DNA of 64,000 bases from Acidobacteriota bacterium (GCA_040005235.1 JBDTZG010000001.1:192001-256000), one strand, 5' to 3'; positions 28,136-37,599 are shown, numbered from the stretch's first letter. The notes: generated by a model not told the origin, from the letters alone. Program-made: numbers and translations.

Positions 28136-28861
28136 TTAGTGGGTGGTCCGCTGCCGCATCAGAAGAGCGGCGGCGCCGAGGGCGAGGAGACCGAAGACGA
28201 AGACCGCCGGTTCGGGGCTGGCCGTCTGCGGCAGGCTGGTGTCGTTCGCCATAGTGTTTTTAGACGCCATGGTGTCGTTGGCCATCTTATCGTTGGCCAT
28301 GGTGTCGTTTGCCATCGTGTGGTTGGTGTCCATCGTGTCCGCCGACTTGTCCATCGTGTCGTTCATCGGCGCGGCGGCCGTGGTGCCCATCGTCGAATCG
28401 GTCGTCGTTTCCATCGCCCGGTTCGGGTCGTTGGGCTGCATCGGCTTGGCCGGAGCCTGGTAGCCGCCGGTGGTGCCCACCACGGTCGAGCGAGATTCGC
28501 CCGTCTGGCCATTCGTGCCCGGCGTACCGGTGTTGGTCAGAGTGCGGGTCGTCGTGCCGCCCGGTTTCGCGGGGGCCGCCGCCTCGGTTCCTTCAACGAC
28601 CTGGACGGCCTGGAAACCGCCGGTATCCAAAGCATGGTAGACGACGGTTACCTGATCGCCCTCGGAAACAATCGCCGGCTTCGAGGTCGCCGAATCCATC
28701 ACCAGATTCAGGCGGGTGCCGGCGTCGGTCTGGACCACCAAGTCGAACGCGGAAGACGAGATCACGCGCCCCGAGACCGTTTTGTTCATGGTTTCCTGGG
28801 CGTAGGCGGCAGCTCCGACGGCGAGGACGAGGCAGAGGAATAGGTTCGATATGCGCTTCAC
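28136..28861 (-). CDS. Sortase substrate with LPQTA motif and Met-rich pentapeptide repeats
   Basis: GTG start with AAGGAGG RBS, signal peptide, small beta domain, (T/K)MAND repeats, LPQTAS + hydrophobic segment + basic tail RQR. Confidence 0.88.
   Translation of the reverse strand: MKRISNLFLCLVLAVGAAAYAQETMNKTVSGRVISSSAFDLVVQTDAGTRLNLVMDSATSKPAIVSEGDQVTVVYHALDTGGFQAVQVVEGTEAAAPAKPGGTTTRTLTNTGTPGTNGQTGESRSTVVGTTGGYQAPAKPMQPNDPNRAMETTTDSTMGTTAAAPMNDTMDKSADTMDTNHTMANDTMANDKMANDTMASKNTMANDTSLPQTASPEPAVFVFGLLALGAAALLMRQRTTH
28238..28366 (-). repeat. Intragenic 15-bp repeats encoding TMAND-type pentapeptides
   Basis: MNDTMDKSADTMDTNHTMANDTMANDKMANDTMASKNTMANDT. Confidence 0.85.
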
Positions 28862-28955
28862 GAGGGCCTCCTTCGAATTGGGCGATGAGCCGTCACCTTG
28901 GAACGAACATGAAGCGAGTCGGTGACGACCTTTGCCCGGCATGCCCTCGAAAAGG

Positions 28956-28970
28956 GCAAGAGCGATGCCA
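28956..28970 (-). promoter_or_regulatory. sigma54 (-24/-12) promoter candidate for substrate-sortase operon
   Basis: Minus strand TGGCAT-cgctc-TTGC matches TGGCAC-N5-TTGC with exact spacing, about 95 bp upstream of the start. Confidence 0.65.
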
Positions 28971-29044
28971 GGTTCCCCCGCCCGGGAGGGGATGCGCAAT
29001 GAGGCAGTCGTTGCCGGTGCCGGGGCTCGGCTGGCAGGAAATGC

Positions 29045-29069
29045 CCGCGGGAGTCGAGACCTCCCGCGG
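29045..29069. terminator. Stem-loop after the BNR gene
   Basis: CCGCGGGAG-tcgagac-CTCCCGCGG; no strong U-tract. Confidence 0.4.
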
Positions 29070-29088
29070 CCGGAATGCGCCGGTTCGT

Positions 29089-31002
29089 TTACTCGATTTC
29101 GAGCCGTAACAGCCCTTCGCCGTCGGTGCCGGCCCAGAGGATCTCACGCCGGCCGTCGAGGGCGAACGCCCCCAAGAATCGATCGGCGGGTAGGCCGTCG
29201 CCCTGCGACAGCCAGGCGGCGGTTGCGGCGTCCCAGCGGTAGATCCCTTTCTTCGCGACGCCGGCATAGACACCGTCGGGCCGCTTCGGGTCCGGAACCA
29301 GCGTCGCGATCTCGCCGCCGAGCGGCGCGCCGAGCGGCTGAAAGGTCCGGCCGCCGTCGATGCTCCAGGAGACCGTGCCGTCGGGCGCGCCGACCCACAG
29401 CGCGTCGGCGCGGTTCGGGTCGAGCACCAGCGACGAGAGGTGATGCACGTCGCCGATGCTCTGCCAGGTGGTGCCGGCGTCGAGGCTCTTCTTGAGGTCC
29501 GCAAACGTCGTCGCGTAAAGCGTGTTGCCCCGCCGGGGATCGACCGCGAGGGCGGTCGCGTCAAGCGGGCGTTGGCGATGGCGCCAGGTCCGGCCGCCGT
29601 CGGTCGAGAGGGCGAGGATCACCGTGCGGTCGGGATCGAAACGCTCTTCATAGACGGACGCGACGTAGAGCTTTTTGGGGTTGCTGGGATCGATGGCAAA
29701 GGCGGAGTGGAAGCCTTCGAGGAAGGGAAGGTACCCCGCGTAGAGGGGGAGCAGCAGGCGCCAGGTCAATCCGCCGTCGCGGCTCGTGAACAGGCCGATC
29801 GGACCGTGACCGTAGGCCCGATCTCCGTCGCTCGGATCGAAGACCACCTGCTCGTGGCCCGGAGAGGTGGCCTTTTTCCACGTCGCCCCGGAATTTGCGC
29901 TCGCGAAGACCTCCGGCGTTAGCGCAAGGACGCGCGGCAGCACGTCGCTCGAAGCGGCGATACCGCCGATACGGTGGGCGGTGATCCCCTGGCTCGATGC
30001 GCGCCAGCCGGCGCCCCCGCTTCCCGAGCGCCAGACGCCGCGATCGGAGCCCGAAAGGATCGTTCCGCCGGCAAGCGGTGCGAGGGCGGCGACCGAACCG
30101 TCCGGACCGCCCTGGCGGACGCCTTGGGCATTCGCCGCCGGCAGCCAGGTGTCGCCATCGTCGCCGGAACGGAGAACGCCGTCGGAAGTTGCGATCAGCA
30201 GGCTTCCTGTGCGGGTGAACGCGAAATCGCGGACATAGGTCGAGAGGTCGCGATCCAACTCGATCCAGGTGGCGCCTTCGTCGTCCGAGCGATAGAGCGT
30301 GCCCGACGTGAGAAGGAACGCGTCGCCCGCCGGATTGAAACCGAAACGCGGCTGGCTGACGATGCCGGGAAAATTCGACGATTCTGCCCAGGTGAGGCCG
30401 CCGTCGCGGCTGCGCAGCACTTTGCCTTCGGTGAGAGCGTCCCGTCCGATCACGAACAGGAGGTTCGCCTTCCGGGGGTGGACGCCCACGGCTTCGGCTT
30501 GGAATTCGGGGAGCGCGAAGGGCGCCCAGTGGTTCCCGAGATTGCGGCTCCGGTAGATGCCGTGGTTGGTTGCCGCCCATAGCGTTCGCGGGCTGCGCGG
30601 ATCGAGGGTCAACGCGGACGCCGAGCCGAGTACGATTCCCGAACCCACCTGCACGTCTTCCCAGGTGACGCCTCCGTCGGCACTTTTGGCGAAAGACCCG
30701 GCGAAAGCCCCGAGCTCCGCGAACAGCAGGCGCGCGTTGGTGGGCGCCACTTCGATCCGGTAGGCGGTGGTCAGGCTCGCCTGCCGACCGGGCGAGTTCC
30801 AAGTTTGGCCGCCGTCGGTGCTTTTGACGACGCCGCTCGGCCGGATGCCGGCATACACCACCCCCGGAGCGCTCGGCGCCGCGGCGAGAGAGAGGATCGG
30901 GCCGCCATACAGGGGGACCGGCTGCCAGGTGGCGGCCGGGAGGGTGCCGGAGAAGAACGCCAGGCCGAGTGCGGCCAGGAGGGTAGGTCGGATTTTGTTC
31001 AT
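29089..31002 (-). CDS. Secreted BNR/Asp-box beta-propeller protein
   Basis: Signal peptide MNKIRPTLLAALGLAFFSGTLPA; more than 10 S-x-D-x-G-x-T-W-type repeats. Confidence 0.85.
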   Translation of the reverse strand: MNKIRPTLLAALGLAFFSGTLPAATWQPVPLYGGPILSLAAAPSAPGVVYAGIRPSGVVKSTDGGQTWNSPGRQASLTTAYRIEVAPTNARLLFAELGAFAGSFAKSADGGVTWEDVQVGSGIVLGSASALTLDPRSPRTLWAATNHGIYRSRNLGNHWAPFALPEFQAEAVGVHPRKANLLFVIGRDALTEGKVLRSRDGGLTWAESSNFPGIVSQPRFGFNPAGDAFLLTSGTLYRSDDEGATWIELDRDLSTYVRDFAFTRTGSLLIATSDGVLRSGDDGDTWLPAANAQGVRQGGPDGSVAALAPLAGGTILSGSDRGVWRSGSGGAGWRASSQGITAHRIGGIAASSDVLPRVLALTPEVFASANSGATWKKATSPGHEQVVFDPSDGDRAYGHGPIGLFTSRDGGLTWRLLLPLYAGYLPFLEGFHSAFAIDPSNPKKLYVASVYEERFDPDRTVILALSTDGGRTWRHRQRPLDATALAVDPRRGNTLYATTFADLKKSLDAGTTWQSIGDVHHLSSLVLDPNRADALWVGAPDGTVSWSIDGGRTFQPLGAPLGGEIATLVPDPKRPDGVYAGVAKKGIYRWDAATAAWLSQGDGLPADRFLGAFALDGRREILWAGTDGEGLLRLEIE

Positions 31003-31064
31003 GGGGAGAGAGTAGGCCGGTTTCCCCGTTGGCGTCGGCCGTTGTGGGACGAACGGCGGATGGG

Positions 31065-31103
31065 CGAAGCCGAGGAGCCCCGGGCCGGGATTCCTCGGCT
31101 TCG
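31065..31103. terminator. Intergenic stem-loop
   Basis: CGAAGCCGAGGA...TCCTCGGCTTCG 12-bp stem just after the stop at 31112. Confidence 0.45.
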
Positions 31104-31111
31104 GTTTGGCA

Positions 31112-33262
31112 TCAGAACCAGTATTTGGCCTTCTTGGCCCACTCGCTTTCCGGGTAGTTTTTCTTGAGCAGGTCGAACGTCGCTTTCGACAAGTTCGGCT
31201 TCTCCTGGCGGCAGCCGGCGACTTTGGCTCGCTGGGAGGTGAGATACAGGGCCTCCGGGACGTTCGGGTCGGCCGGCCGTTCGCGCGCCCAGGCGAGCAC
31301 CCGGTTGGCCACCACGTCGTAGCCCTCGCCCAGCGCTTCAAGCGTCTTTCCCTCGCGCTCGGCGGCGGCGTTCTCCGCGGCGGAAAGAAAAGACGGTTTG
31401 CCCGACAGATCGGGCAGGTCGGAGTTCTTGTCGTCGTCTCCGACCTCGGTCGGGAGCTTCGCGCACCACCAGTTGCGGCGGTAGTCGTCGATCTCGCCGA
31501 CCGCGGCCCAGCGCGGAAAGCCCCCTTCGACGACCGGCGCGAGGCCGGGGTTCTTGAGCAGCGCCCAAGCCGCCAGGCTCGGGCGGCCGGCGGGAGAGGC
31601 GGCGGCCCACGCGGCGATCTCCGGCACCTCGTTTCCGATCGTCTTCGCAGCGCTTTCGGCCATCGCCGGGTCGCCGAGCAACAGGGCGCGCGTCCAGGCG
31701 GCTTCGGCCAGCCGCTTGCGGACGTCCTCGGCAGTCACTTTGCCTGACGCCGCGCCAAAGCGGGCGAGCGGCAGCGAGGTGTTCAACCAGAACGCCGCCT
31801 CGCCGGTCAGATAGCGAGCGCTCGCCGCTTCTTTCCGGTCCTCCTCGGTGGCTTCTGGGTCGCTCAAACGTTGCTGGACCCCGTCGCGCAAGAGATCATC
31901 GAGACTCGTCGAGGTCCGCAGCCGCAGGCTCTTTGCCAGGTTCTCCGAGCCGCGCGAGAGGGGACTTTGAAGCAGGTGGTCGAGATCTTTTCGCGCCTCA
32001 CCACCCTTGCCGGCGGCGATCAACAGCCGCGCGCGCTGGAAAGCCGCGGTGGCCTTGCCGGGCGAATCGTCCTTGAGGTCGGCCGCCGCCTGGAGCAGGT
32101 CGGCGGGCGTCTTGCCGTCGCCCGGAGCGACCGTCAAGGCCGCCACCAGCCAAGGTAGGGTGTGTGTCGCCCGCCAGTGTTCGAGCGCCTTGGCGGCCCC
32201 CTGCGGGCTCGGCGCGCCGAAGACGTCGATCCACTCGGTGAGCGGATCGGGCTGAGCGGGATGGGCAGCGCGGCGGAGCAGATAGGAATAGTCGACCAGC
32301 TGCCGGCCGAACGCCGCCGGTTCGATCTCGCGCGCGGCCAGGAGGCCGGCCAGCTCCGTCGTCCGTTCCGTCGGCCGGGCGCGGATCGCGATCCAATCGC
32401 GCAGACGGCCGGCGGCCGGGTGCCACGCGGCGCGGTCCTTGTCCGCGATCAGCGCCGCCAGCTCCTGGTCGGCTTGGGCGAGGCGTTTTCGGTCGACCTG
32501 CCCGGGGCTCAAAGAGGCCTGCCGCACGAGCGCCCGGGTCGCAAGATAGGGGGCGATGCCGCTCCAGGGGGAGGACTTCTCCTGGGCGATCGCCTGGAAG
32601 CGTGACCGGGCGTCGTCGAATCGGCCGGCGTAGAGGCTCGCCGCCGCCATCTGGTAGCGCCGGTCGGCCACCAGCTCTACCGGCAGGCCGGGCTCAGGCG
32701 CCGCGACGGCCGGCGCTTCGCCGCCGTCGACGCAGGAGGCGAACACGGCGTCCTGCGCCTTCACCCAAGAGGCGACCGCGGCGGGGAAACGGGTTCGCCG
32801 GTCGGCGAGCGTAGCGATTGCGGTGCGAAACGCATCGGCCGGGCAATTCAGGTAGGGCACGGAGTCGGTGTACGCCTCACCCGATTCGTCGACCGCGGGG
32901 ATCTCGACGTAGCGGTCGGTCGAGATCGACACGTCTTCGGCGCCCGGAACGGCCGCCTTCCGCGCCTCCAGCCAGGCGTTCGGCAGAGGCCAGACATCGC
33001 TTTCGTCCGGGCCGGCCGGCGCGAGGGCCGCCACGTCGCCGGCCGGAGTCGCCAAGCCGGAGAGGCGCCGCCAGGCCAGAACCTGCCAAGCCGTTTTGAG
33101 CGACGGGGAGAGCACGTCGAGGTGGCCGGAGAGGAAGCGTGCCGGATCGTCCGGTTCCTTCCTCCGGACGAATTCGGGCGGGCTGAAATCCGGCCCGCAG
33201 GCGGGAAGCGGCAGACTGGCGAGCAGCGTGGCGGCGAGCACGGCACGAAGGGAAACATTCAT
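31112..33262 (-). CDS. Exported alpha-helical protein coupled to the DUF3142 gene
   Basis: Signal peptide ending LPACGPDF; TPR-like helices; C-terminus SKATFDLLKKNYPESEWAKKAKYWF. ATG overlaps the upstream stop. Confidence 0.7.
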   Translation of the reverse strand: MNVSLRAVLAATLLASLPLPACGPDFSPPEFVRRKEPDDPARFLSGHLDVLSPSLKTAWQVLAWRRLSGLATPAGDVAALAPAGPDESDVWPLPNAWLEARKAAVPGAEDVSISTDRYVEIPAVDESGEAYTDSVPYLNCPADAFRTAIATLADRRTRFPAAVASWVKAQDAVFASCVDGGEAPAVAAPEPGLPVELVADRRYQMAAASLYAGRFDDARSRFQAIAQEKSSPWSGIAPYLATRALVRQASLSPGQVDRKRLAQADQELAALIADKDRAAWHPAAGRLRDWIAIRARPTERTTELAGLLAAREIEPAAFGRQLVDYSYLLRRAAHPAQPDPLTEWIDVFGAPSPQGAAKALEHWRATHTLPWLVAALTVAPGDGKTPADLLQAAADLKDDSPGKATAAFQRARLLIAAGKGGEARKDLDHLLQSPLSRGSENLAKSLRLRTSTSLDDLLRDGVQQRLSDPEATEEDRKEAASARYLTGEAAFWLNTSLPLARFGAASGKVTAEDVRKRLAEAAWTRALLLGDPAMAESAAKTIGNEVPEIAAWAAASPAGRPSLAAWALLKNPGLAPVVEGGFPRWAAVGEIDDYRRNWWCAKLPTEVGDDDKNSDLPDLSGKPSFLSAAENAAAEREGKTLEALGEGYDVVANRVLAWARERPADPNVPEALYLTSQRAKVAGCRQEKPNLSKATFDLLKKNYPESEWAKKAKYWF

Positions 33263-33921
33263 CGATCGATCTCCCGAAGAGCGGATAGCAGAGCATGTCG
33301 CGTCCAGGGGTGCGGAGGGAAGAGGTAAACCGTACGACCGGGGAACTTTCCCGGCACGGGCTCGTCGGTGGCGAGTCCGACGCTGGTGCGGCAGAGGGGA
33401 AGCGAGAAGTCTCGGCCGCGCGCGAAGTGGCTGCGGATCGCCCCGCCTTCCGATCCCATGCGAAACAGCATCGGCACCGCCTCGTCGACGGGAAGGTCGG
33501 CGATCCAGGGATCTCCCAGACACCAGGAGGCGAGCGCGGTGATCGAGAGCGTCGTCTTGGCGGGCAGGCGGCGGCGCAGCTCGGTCAGCAGCGCGCGGTA
33601 GTACGGCCGCTGCAACCTCGTCGCATCGAAGTCGATCTGCAACCCGGTCGCGCGCCAGCGGGCGGGAAGCGGAGCGATCTGGGCGGCGAGGTCGGGGATC
33701 TCCCGCGCGAGGAGTCCGGGACCCGGCAGCAAACCGTGCGCCGCTTCGAGCCGGACCACGGCGAGCCGCGGGACCGCGTCCGGAAGGGCGATCGGCTGGC
33801 GGCGCAGCGCGAGCCGCGCCCCGCCCCGATCGATCCGCACCGTGCCGGCGAGCAGGGCCACGGCCGTGGTGTCTCCGTCGAGGAACAGGAGCCGCTCGGG
33901 ACGCTCCCACGCCCAGAGCAC
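33259..33921 (-). CDS. DUF3142-family protein (GH18-like fold candidate); true start probably further upstream
   Basis: LWAWERPE, GLQIDFDAT, LSITALASWC, DEAVPMLFRMG. In-frame upstream extension to CTG 34053 encodes a signal ending SFPAC. Confidence 0.78.
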   Translation of the reverse strand: MLWAWERPERLLFLDGDTTAVALLAGTVRIDRGGARLALRRQPIALPDAVPRLAVVRLEAAHGLLPGPGLLAREIPDLAAQIAPLPARWRATGLQIDFDATRLQRPYYRALLTELRRRLPAKTTLSITALASWCLGDPWIADLPVDEAVPMLFRMGSEGGAIRSHFARGRDFSLPLCRTSVGLATDEPVPGKFPGRTVYLFPPHPWTRHALLSALREIDR

Positions 33922-34078
33922 GATCGGCCGGCGGGCGACCCCCTGCGATTCGCCCGGCGCGCGGCAAGCCGGAAACGAAACCAGAGAGGCAACCCAGACG
34001 GCGCCGAAGGCGAGTCCTTTGCGACCTCTTGTCGTCCGAAGCGCCCTTGACAGGAAAGAAACGAGGGTGGCCCGCGCT

Positions 34079-35158
34079 TTAGTTGAAGTAGCCCGCGACG
34101 TCCAGGATCACATGCACCGGACCGGTCGATTGGTTCGTCACCTGGATCGAGCCGCTCAGGCTGCCGACGGAGACGATCGCATTGTTGGTCCGCGTTTGGC
34201 CGGCCGAGAAGTTGATCGTGCTGACGTTGCCCGAAGGAGCCACGTCTCCCGCTCCGATCCTGAGGCTTCCCGTCGACGCCGCGCCGGTGACCGTGACCCG
34301 GAGCGCGATCGCCTTGGAGTTGTTGCCCAGGCCGAGGCCGTTGATCGGCAGGCCGCATTCGCCCCCGAGCCCGAACAACCGCGTTTCTCCGGATTGCAGC
34401 ACCGGCCCGCCGAGCGTTCCGGTCGGATTCCTCGTGTCAACCAACCGGCACGGGTTCAGGGTGTAGAAATCGCCGACCGGGATCGAGCAGGCGCGGACCG
34501 CTTTGCCGCTCTTCACGACGAGATTCCCCTCTTCGAGGCCGTTCGTCGTATCGATCGCGTGTTGGATGTAGTAATAGGTGACGCCCGGCGTCACGGTGGT
34601 GTCGGTGATCCCGTTGTTGATCGTGTGAAAGACGATCCGGTTGGCCGGGCCGGGAATGAAATTCGGGGCGGGCGAGCGGTAGAAGTTGTACACCGACGAG
34701 GCGCCGCAGAGCGGCCGCGCGTCGTCCGAAACCAGCACGAGAGCGCATTGCTGCGATTCGTCGTAGATGCCGCCCAGGCCCGGAAAGACCGGCGGAGCGA
34801 CGCAAGGGGCGCCCGATCGCGCCTCGACGCAGGCCGAATGCGGCCCGGGGACCAAAGAATCCTCGATCTCGTAGGAGTAGACCTGCCCGTCGGTGAGGCC
34901 GGTGTCCAAATAGGAGAGCTGGGGATAGAGGTCCACGATCCGCGTCGCGGGACCGGGTGCGCTGCACGGGCCGGCGGCGCGATAGATGCTGTAGAACGTG
35001 CTTTGATTGATCGCGGGGTGCCAGGCGATGCGGATCTGGCCGCTGGCCGGCGAGGCCGCATTCAGGATGGGCGGTAGGATCTGGCCCCGGACCGGAACCG
35101 AGGCGAGGCCGCCCAGAAGGAGAAACGCGAGCTTGGCTCTAATGAACACGATGGGCAT
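34079..35158 (-). CDS. Secreted protein: FN3-like modules plus C-terminal 'FYTLxPCRLVDTR...HVILDVxGYF' domain
   Basis: Signal peptide; YSIYRA..YLDTGL..GQVYSY and YNFYRS..TDTTVTPGVTYYY FN3-like motifs; C-terminal domain 34079-34471. Confidence 0.75.
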   Translation of the reverse strand: MPIVFIRAKLAFLLLGGLASVPVRGQILPPILNAASPASGQIRIAWHPAINQSTFYSIYRAAGPCSAPGPATRIVDLYPQLSYLDTGLTDGQVYSYEIEDSLVPGPHSACVEARSGAPCVAPPVFPGLGGIYDESQQCALVLVSDDARPLCGASSVYNFYRSPAPNFIPGPANRIVFHTINNGITDTTVTPGVTYYYIQHAIDTTNGLEEGNLVVKSGKAVRACSIPVGDFYTLNPCRLVDTRNPTGTLGGPVLQSGETRLFGLGGECGLPINGLGLGNNSKAIALRVTVTGAASTGSLRIGAGDVAPSGNVSTINFSAGQTRTNNAIVSVGSLSGSIQVTNQSTGPVHVILDVAGYFN

Positions 35159-35332
35159 AGTTTAGCATCGGAGCCGGAGGTGAGGCCGGATGGCCACAAA
35201 CTTCCAGAGCTCCGCGTTCGGCGTTTCATTTCGAGCCGCGCTCGACATCCCGTTACCGTTAAGATGGCTCCGAAATCCGAGGTTCATTGGCGGCGAAGGA
35301 CCTCGCACTTCCGAAATTGCCGGGGAGGCAGA

Positions 35333-36079
35333 GTGCAAGAGACGAGCAGCGCCCAGACGCCCCACGAGGTCTTACCCGCCTACTACGGCTCTTCCGCGGA
35401 GCGCCGCCCGTTCGTTCGCCGCCTGTTCGACGACGGCGCGCCGTACTACGAGAAGATCAACCGCTGGATGTCGTTCGGGACCGGAGTGTTCTACCGGAAG
35501 GATGCGCTCCGGCGGGCGGGTCTCACCGCGGGGATGAAGGTGCTCGACGTGGCGACCGGCACGGGAGTCGTAGCGCGCGCGGCGCTCGAATTGGTGGGAC
35601 CCGCGGGCAAGGTCATCGGGCTGGATCCGAGCGCCGGCATGCTCCACGAAGCGGAGCGCATCCCCGGTCTCCGCTGTGTGCGCGGCTTCGCCGAAGCGCT
35701 TCCCGTGGCCGATCGCAGCGTCGACTTCCTAAGCATGGGCTATGCCCTTCGGCACGTCGCGGACCTCGCCGCCACCTTCATCGAATACCGCCGCGTCCTC
35801 CGCGCCGGAGGGCGCCTGCTGATCCTGGAAATCGTCCGGCCGAAGAACCGGCTGACGCTCGCCTGGATTCGCTTCTACTTGAAAAGCCTGGTCCCCTGGC
35901 TCACCTCCATGGGATCCCGCGAAGCGCGTACGATGATGGAGTATTTCTGGGACACGATCGATGCCTGCGTCCCGCCGGAAGCGATCCTCCAGGCGCTCGA
36001 ACAAGCCGGCTTCGCCGATGTCCGGCGCGTGGCACAGTGGGGTTTTCTTACCGAGTACCAGGCGCGGCGGGTGGACTGA
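35333..36079 (+). CDS. Class I SAM-dependent methyltransferase (UbiE/MenG-like)
   Basis: VLDVATGTG, GLDPSAGML, MGYALRHV, RVLRAGGRLLILE. GTG 35333 has a GGAGG RBS. Confidence 0.88.
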   Translation: MQETSSAQTPHEVLPAYYGSSAERRPFVRRLFDDGAPYYEKINRWMSFGTGVFYRKDALRRAGLTAGMKVLDVATGTGVVARAALELVGPAGKVIGLDPSAGMLHEAERIPGLRCVRGFAEALPVADRSVDFLSMGYALRHVADLAATFIEYRRVLRAGGRLLILEIVRPKNRLTLAWIRFYLKSLVPWLTSMGSREARTMMEYFWDTIDACVPPEAILQALEQAGFADVRRVAQWGFLTEYQARRVD

Positions 36080-36348
36080 GCTTCCGCTCGAAAGCCCGCT
36101 CAATTTTCTTGCGAACCCCATCGATCGAAAGGGCGGCCCGGAGCGGACCGCCCTTTCCTACTGTTCCATGGGAAGGGTCGGTCAAGTCGCGCGGGGGGCA
36201 TCCCTCCGACGCAGGAACAACGTTCCCAGAACGACGAGCAAGAGGATGAGCACTCCGAGGCCCCAAGGTGTTGTTGCGAGAATGTTAGCACGAGAGGTCA
36301 GCTGGACGTAGCCGCAACCGGATTTCGGCCTCGGGATCGATCTGCACC

Positions 36349-36394
36349 TTGCACTACTCAGGACGTTGAGTAAAATTACTCAGCGTATTGAGTA
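36349..36394 (+). promoter_or_regulatory. sigma70 promoter overlapped by two TACTCA-N6-TGAGTA operators
   Basis: TTGCAC (36349)-N16-TAAAAT (36371). Palindromes at 36355-36372 and 36377-36394; the second covers the TTG start. Confidence 0.75.
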
Positions 36395-37599
36395 ATCCGT
36401 CGATGCCCTTCACTCGCCCACAGAGCGCTGTTCTGGCGCGCCGCCTCCGCGAACCGCGCCGATTGGTAATCGTCGTGGCGGGGCCGCGACAGGTCGGGAA
36501 GACCACCCTGGTGCTGCAAGTTACCGAGGCCTCGGGCCTCGTGACGCGCTACGCGAGCGCGGACGAGCCCACGCTTCGGGGTTCGTCTTGGCTGGAGCAG
36601 CAATGGGAGGCCGCGCGTCTCTCGGCCGTCGAGGCCGGAGGGCGCGGCGCCGTGCTGGTTATCGACGAGGTCCAGAAGCTCACCGGCTGGTCCGAGACCG
36701 TCAAGCGGCTGTGGGACGAGGACACCCGCGCCAAGCGCCGCCTTCGGGTAGTGCTTCTCGGCTCGGCGCCGCTGCTGATCCAGCAGGGCCTCACCGAGAG
36801 TTTGGCGGGGAGGTTCGAGACGCTCTATCTACCGCACTGGTCGTTCTCCGAAATGCACGACGCGTTCGGCTGGAACGTCGAGCGGTATATCTACTTCGGC
36901 GGTTACCCGGGTGCGGCACCTCTCGCCCGGGAGCCGCAGCGATGGGCGCGCTACGTCCTCGACTCGTTGATCGAAACCACGATCTCGCGCGATGTCCTGC
37001 TCATGTCCCGGGTCGACAAGCCAGCCCTGCTGCGGCGGCTGTTCCAACTCGGGAGCAGCTACTCCGGCCAGATCCTCTCGTATACCAAGATGCTAGGGCA
37101 GCTCGCGGACGCCGGAAACACCACGACGCTTGCGCACTATCTGGACCTTCTCGGAGGGGCAGGAATGCTGGTCGGACTGCCGAAGTTCGCGGGCGAGGTG
37201 GTGCGGCAGAGAGGGGCAAGCCCGAAACTTCAGGTGCTCAACACGGCACTGATGACCGCCCCATCGGGGCTCTCCCCGAAACAGGTGCGCGCGGACCGCG
37301 AGCTGTGGGGCCGGCTGGTCGAATCGGCCGTCGGGGCACATCTCGCGAACGCCGCCGCAGCGGGGATTTGCGAGCTGTTCTATTGGCGGGAGCGCGATCG
37401 GGAGGTGGACTTCGTCGTCCGGCGCGGGCGATCGCTCACTGCGATCGAGGTCAAGAGCGGCACGAATCGCGAAGTCCCCGCGGGCCTCGAAGCGTTTGCA
37501 GCCGCCTACCAACCGAAGCGCTCGCTTCTGGTCGGCGGCGACGGCATCCCGCTCGAAGAGTTCCTCGGCAAGCCGGTGGAGCATTGGGTCCCGGCCTGA
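36388..37599 (+). CDS. AAA_14 ATPase with DUF4143 / PD-(D/E)xK-like C-terminus
   Basis: GPRQVGKTT, IDEVQK, LLGSA, ESLAGRF, GGYPG, EVDFVV...AIEVKSG. Confidence 0.92.
   Translation: MSNPSMPFTRPQSAVLARRLREPRRLVIVVAGPRQVGKTTLVLQVTEASGLVTRYASADEPTLRGSSWLEQQWEAARLSAVEAGGRGAVLVIDEVQKLTGWSETVKRLWDEDTRAKRRLRVVLLGSAPLLIQQGLTESLAGRFETLYLPHWSFSEMHDAFGWNVERYIYFGGYPGAAPLAREPQRWARYVLDSLIETTISRDVLLMSRVDKPALLRRLFQLGSSYSGQILSYTKMLGQLADAGNTTTLAHYLDLLGGAGMLVGLPKFAGEVVRQRGASPKLQVLNTALMTAPSGLSPKQVRADRELWGRLVESAVGAHLANAAAAGICELFYWRERDREVDFVVRRGRSLTAIEVKSGTNREVPAGLEAFAAAYQPKRSLLVGGDGIPLEEFLGKPVEHWVPA

Noticed and set aside
36080-36345. Possible small ORF or gene remnant before ATPase 2
   Set aside because: Only a ~21-codon ORF with no supporting features.
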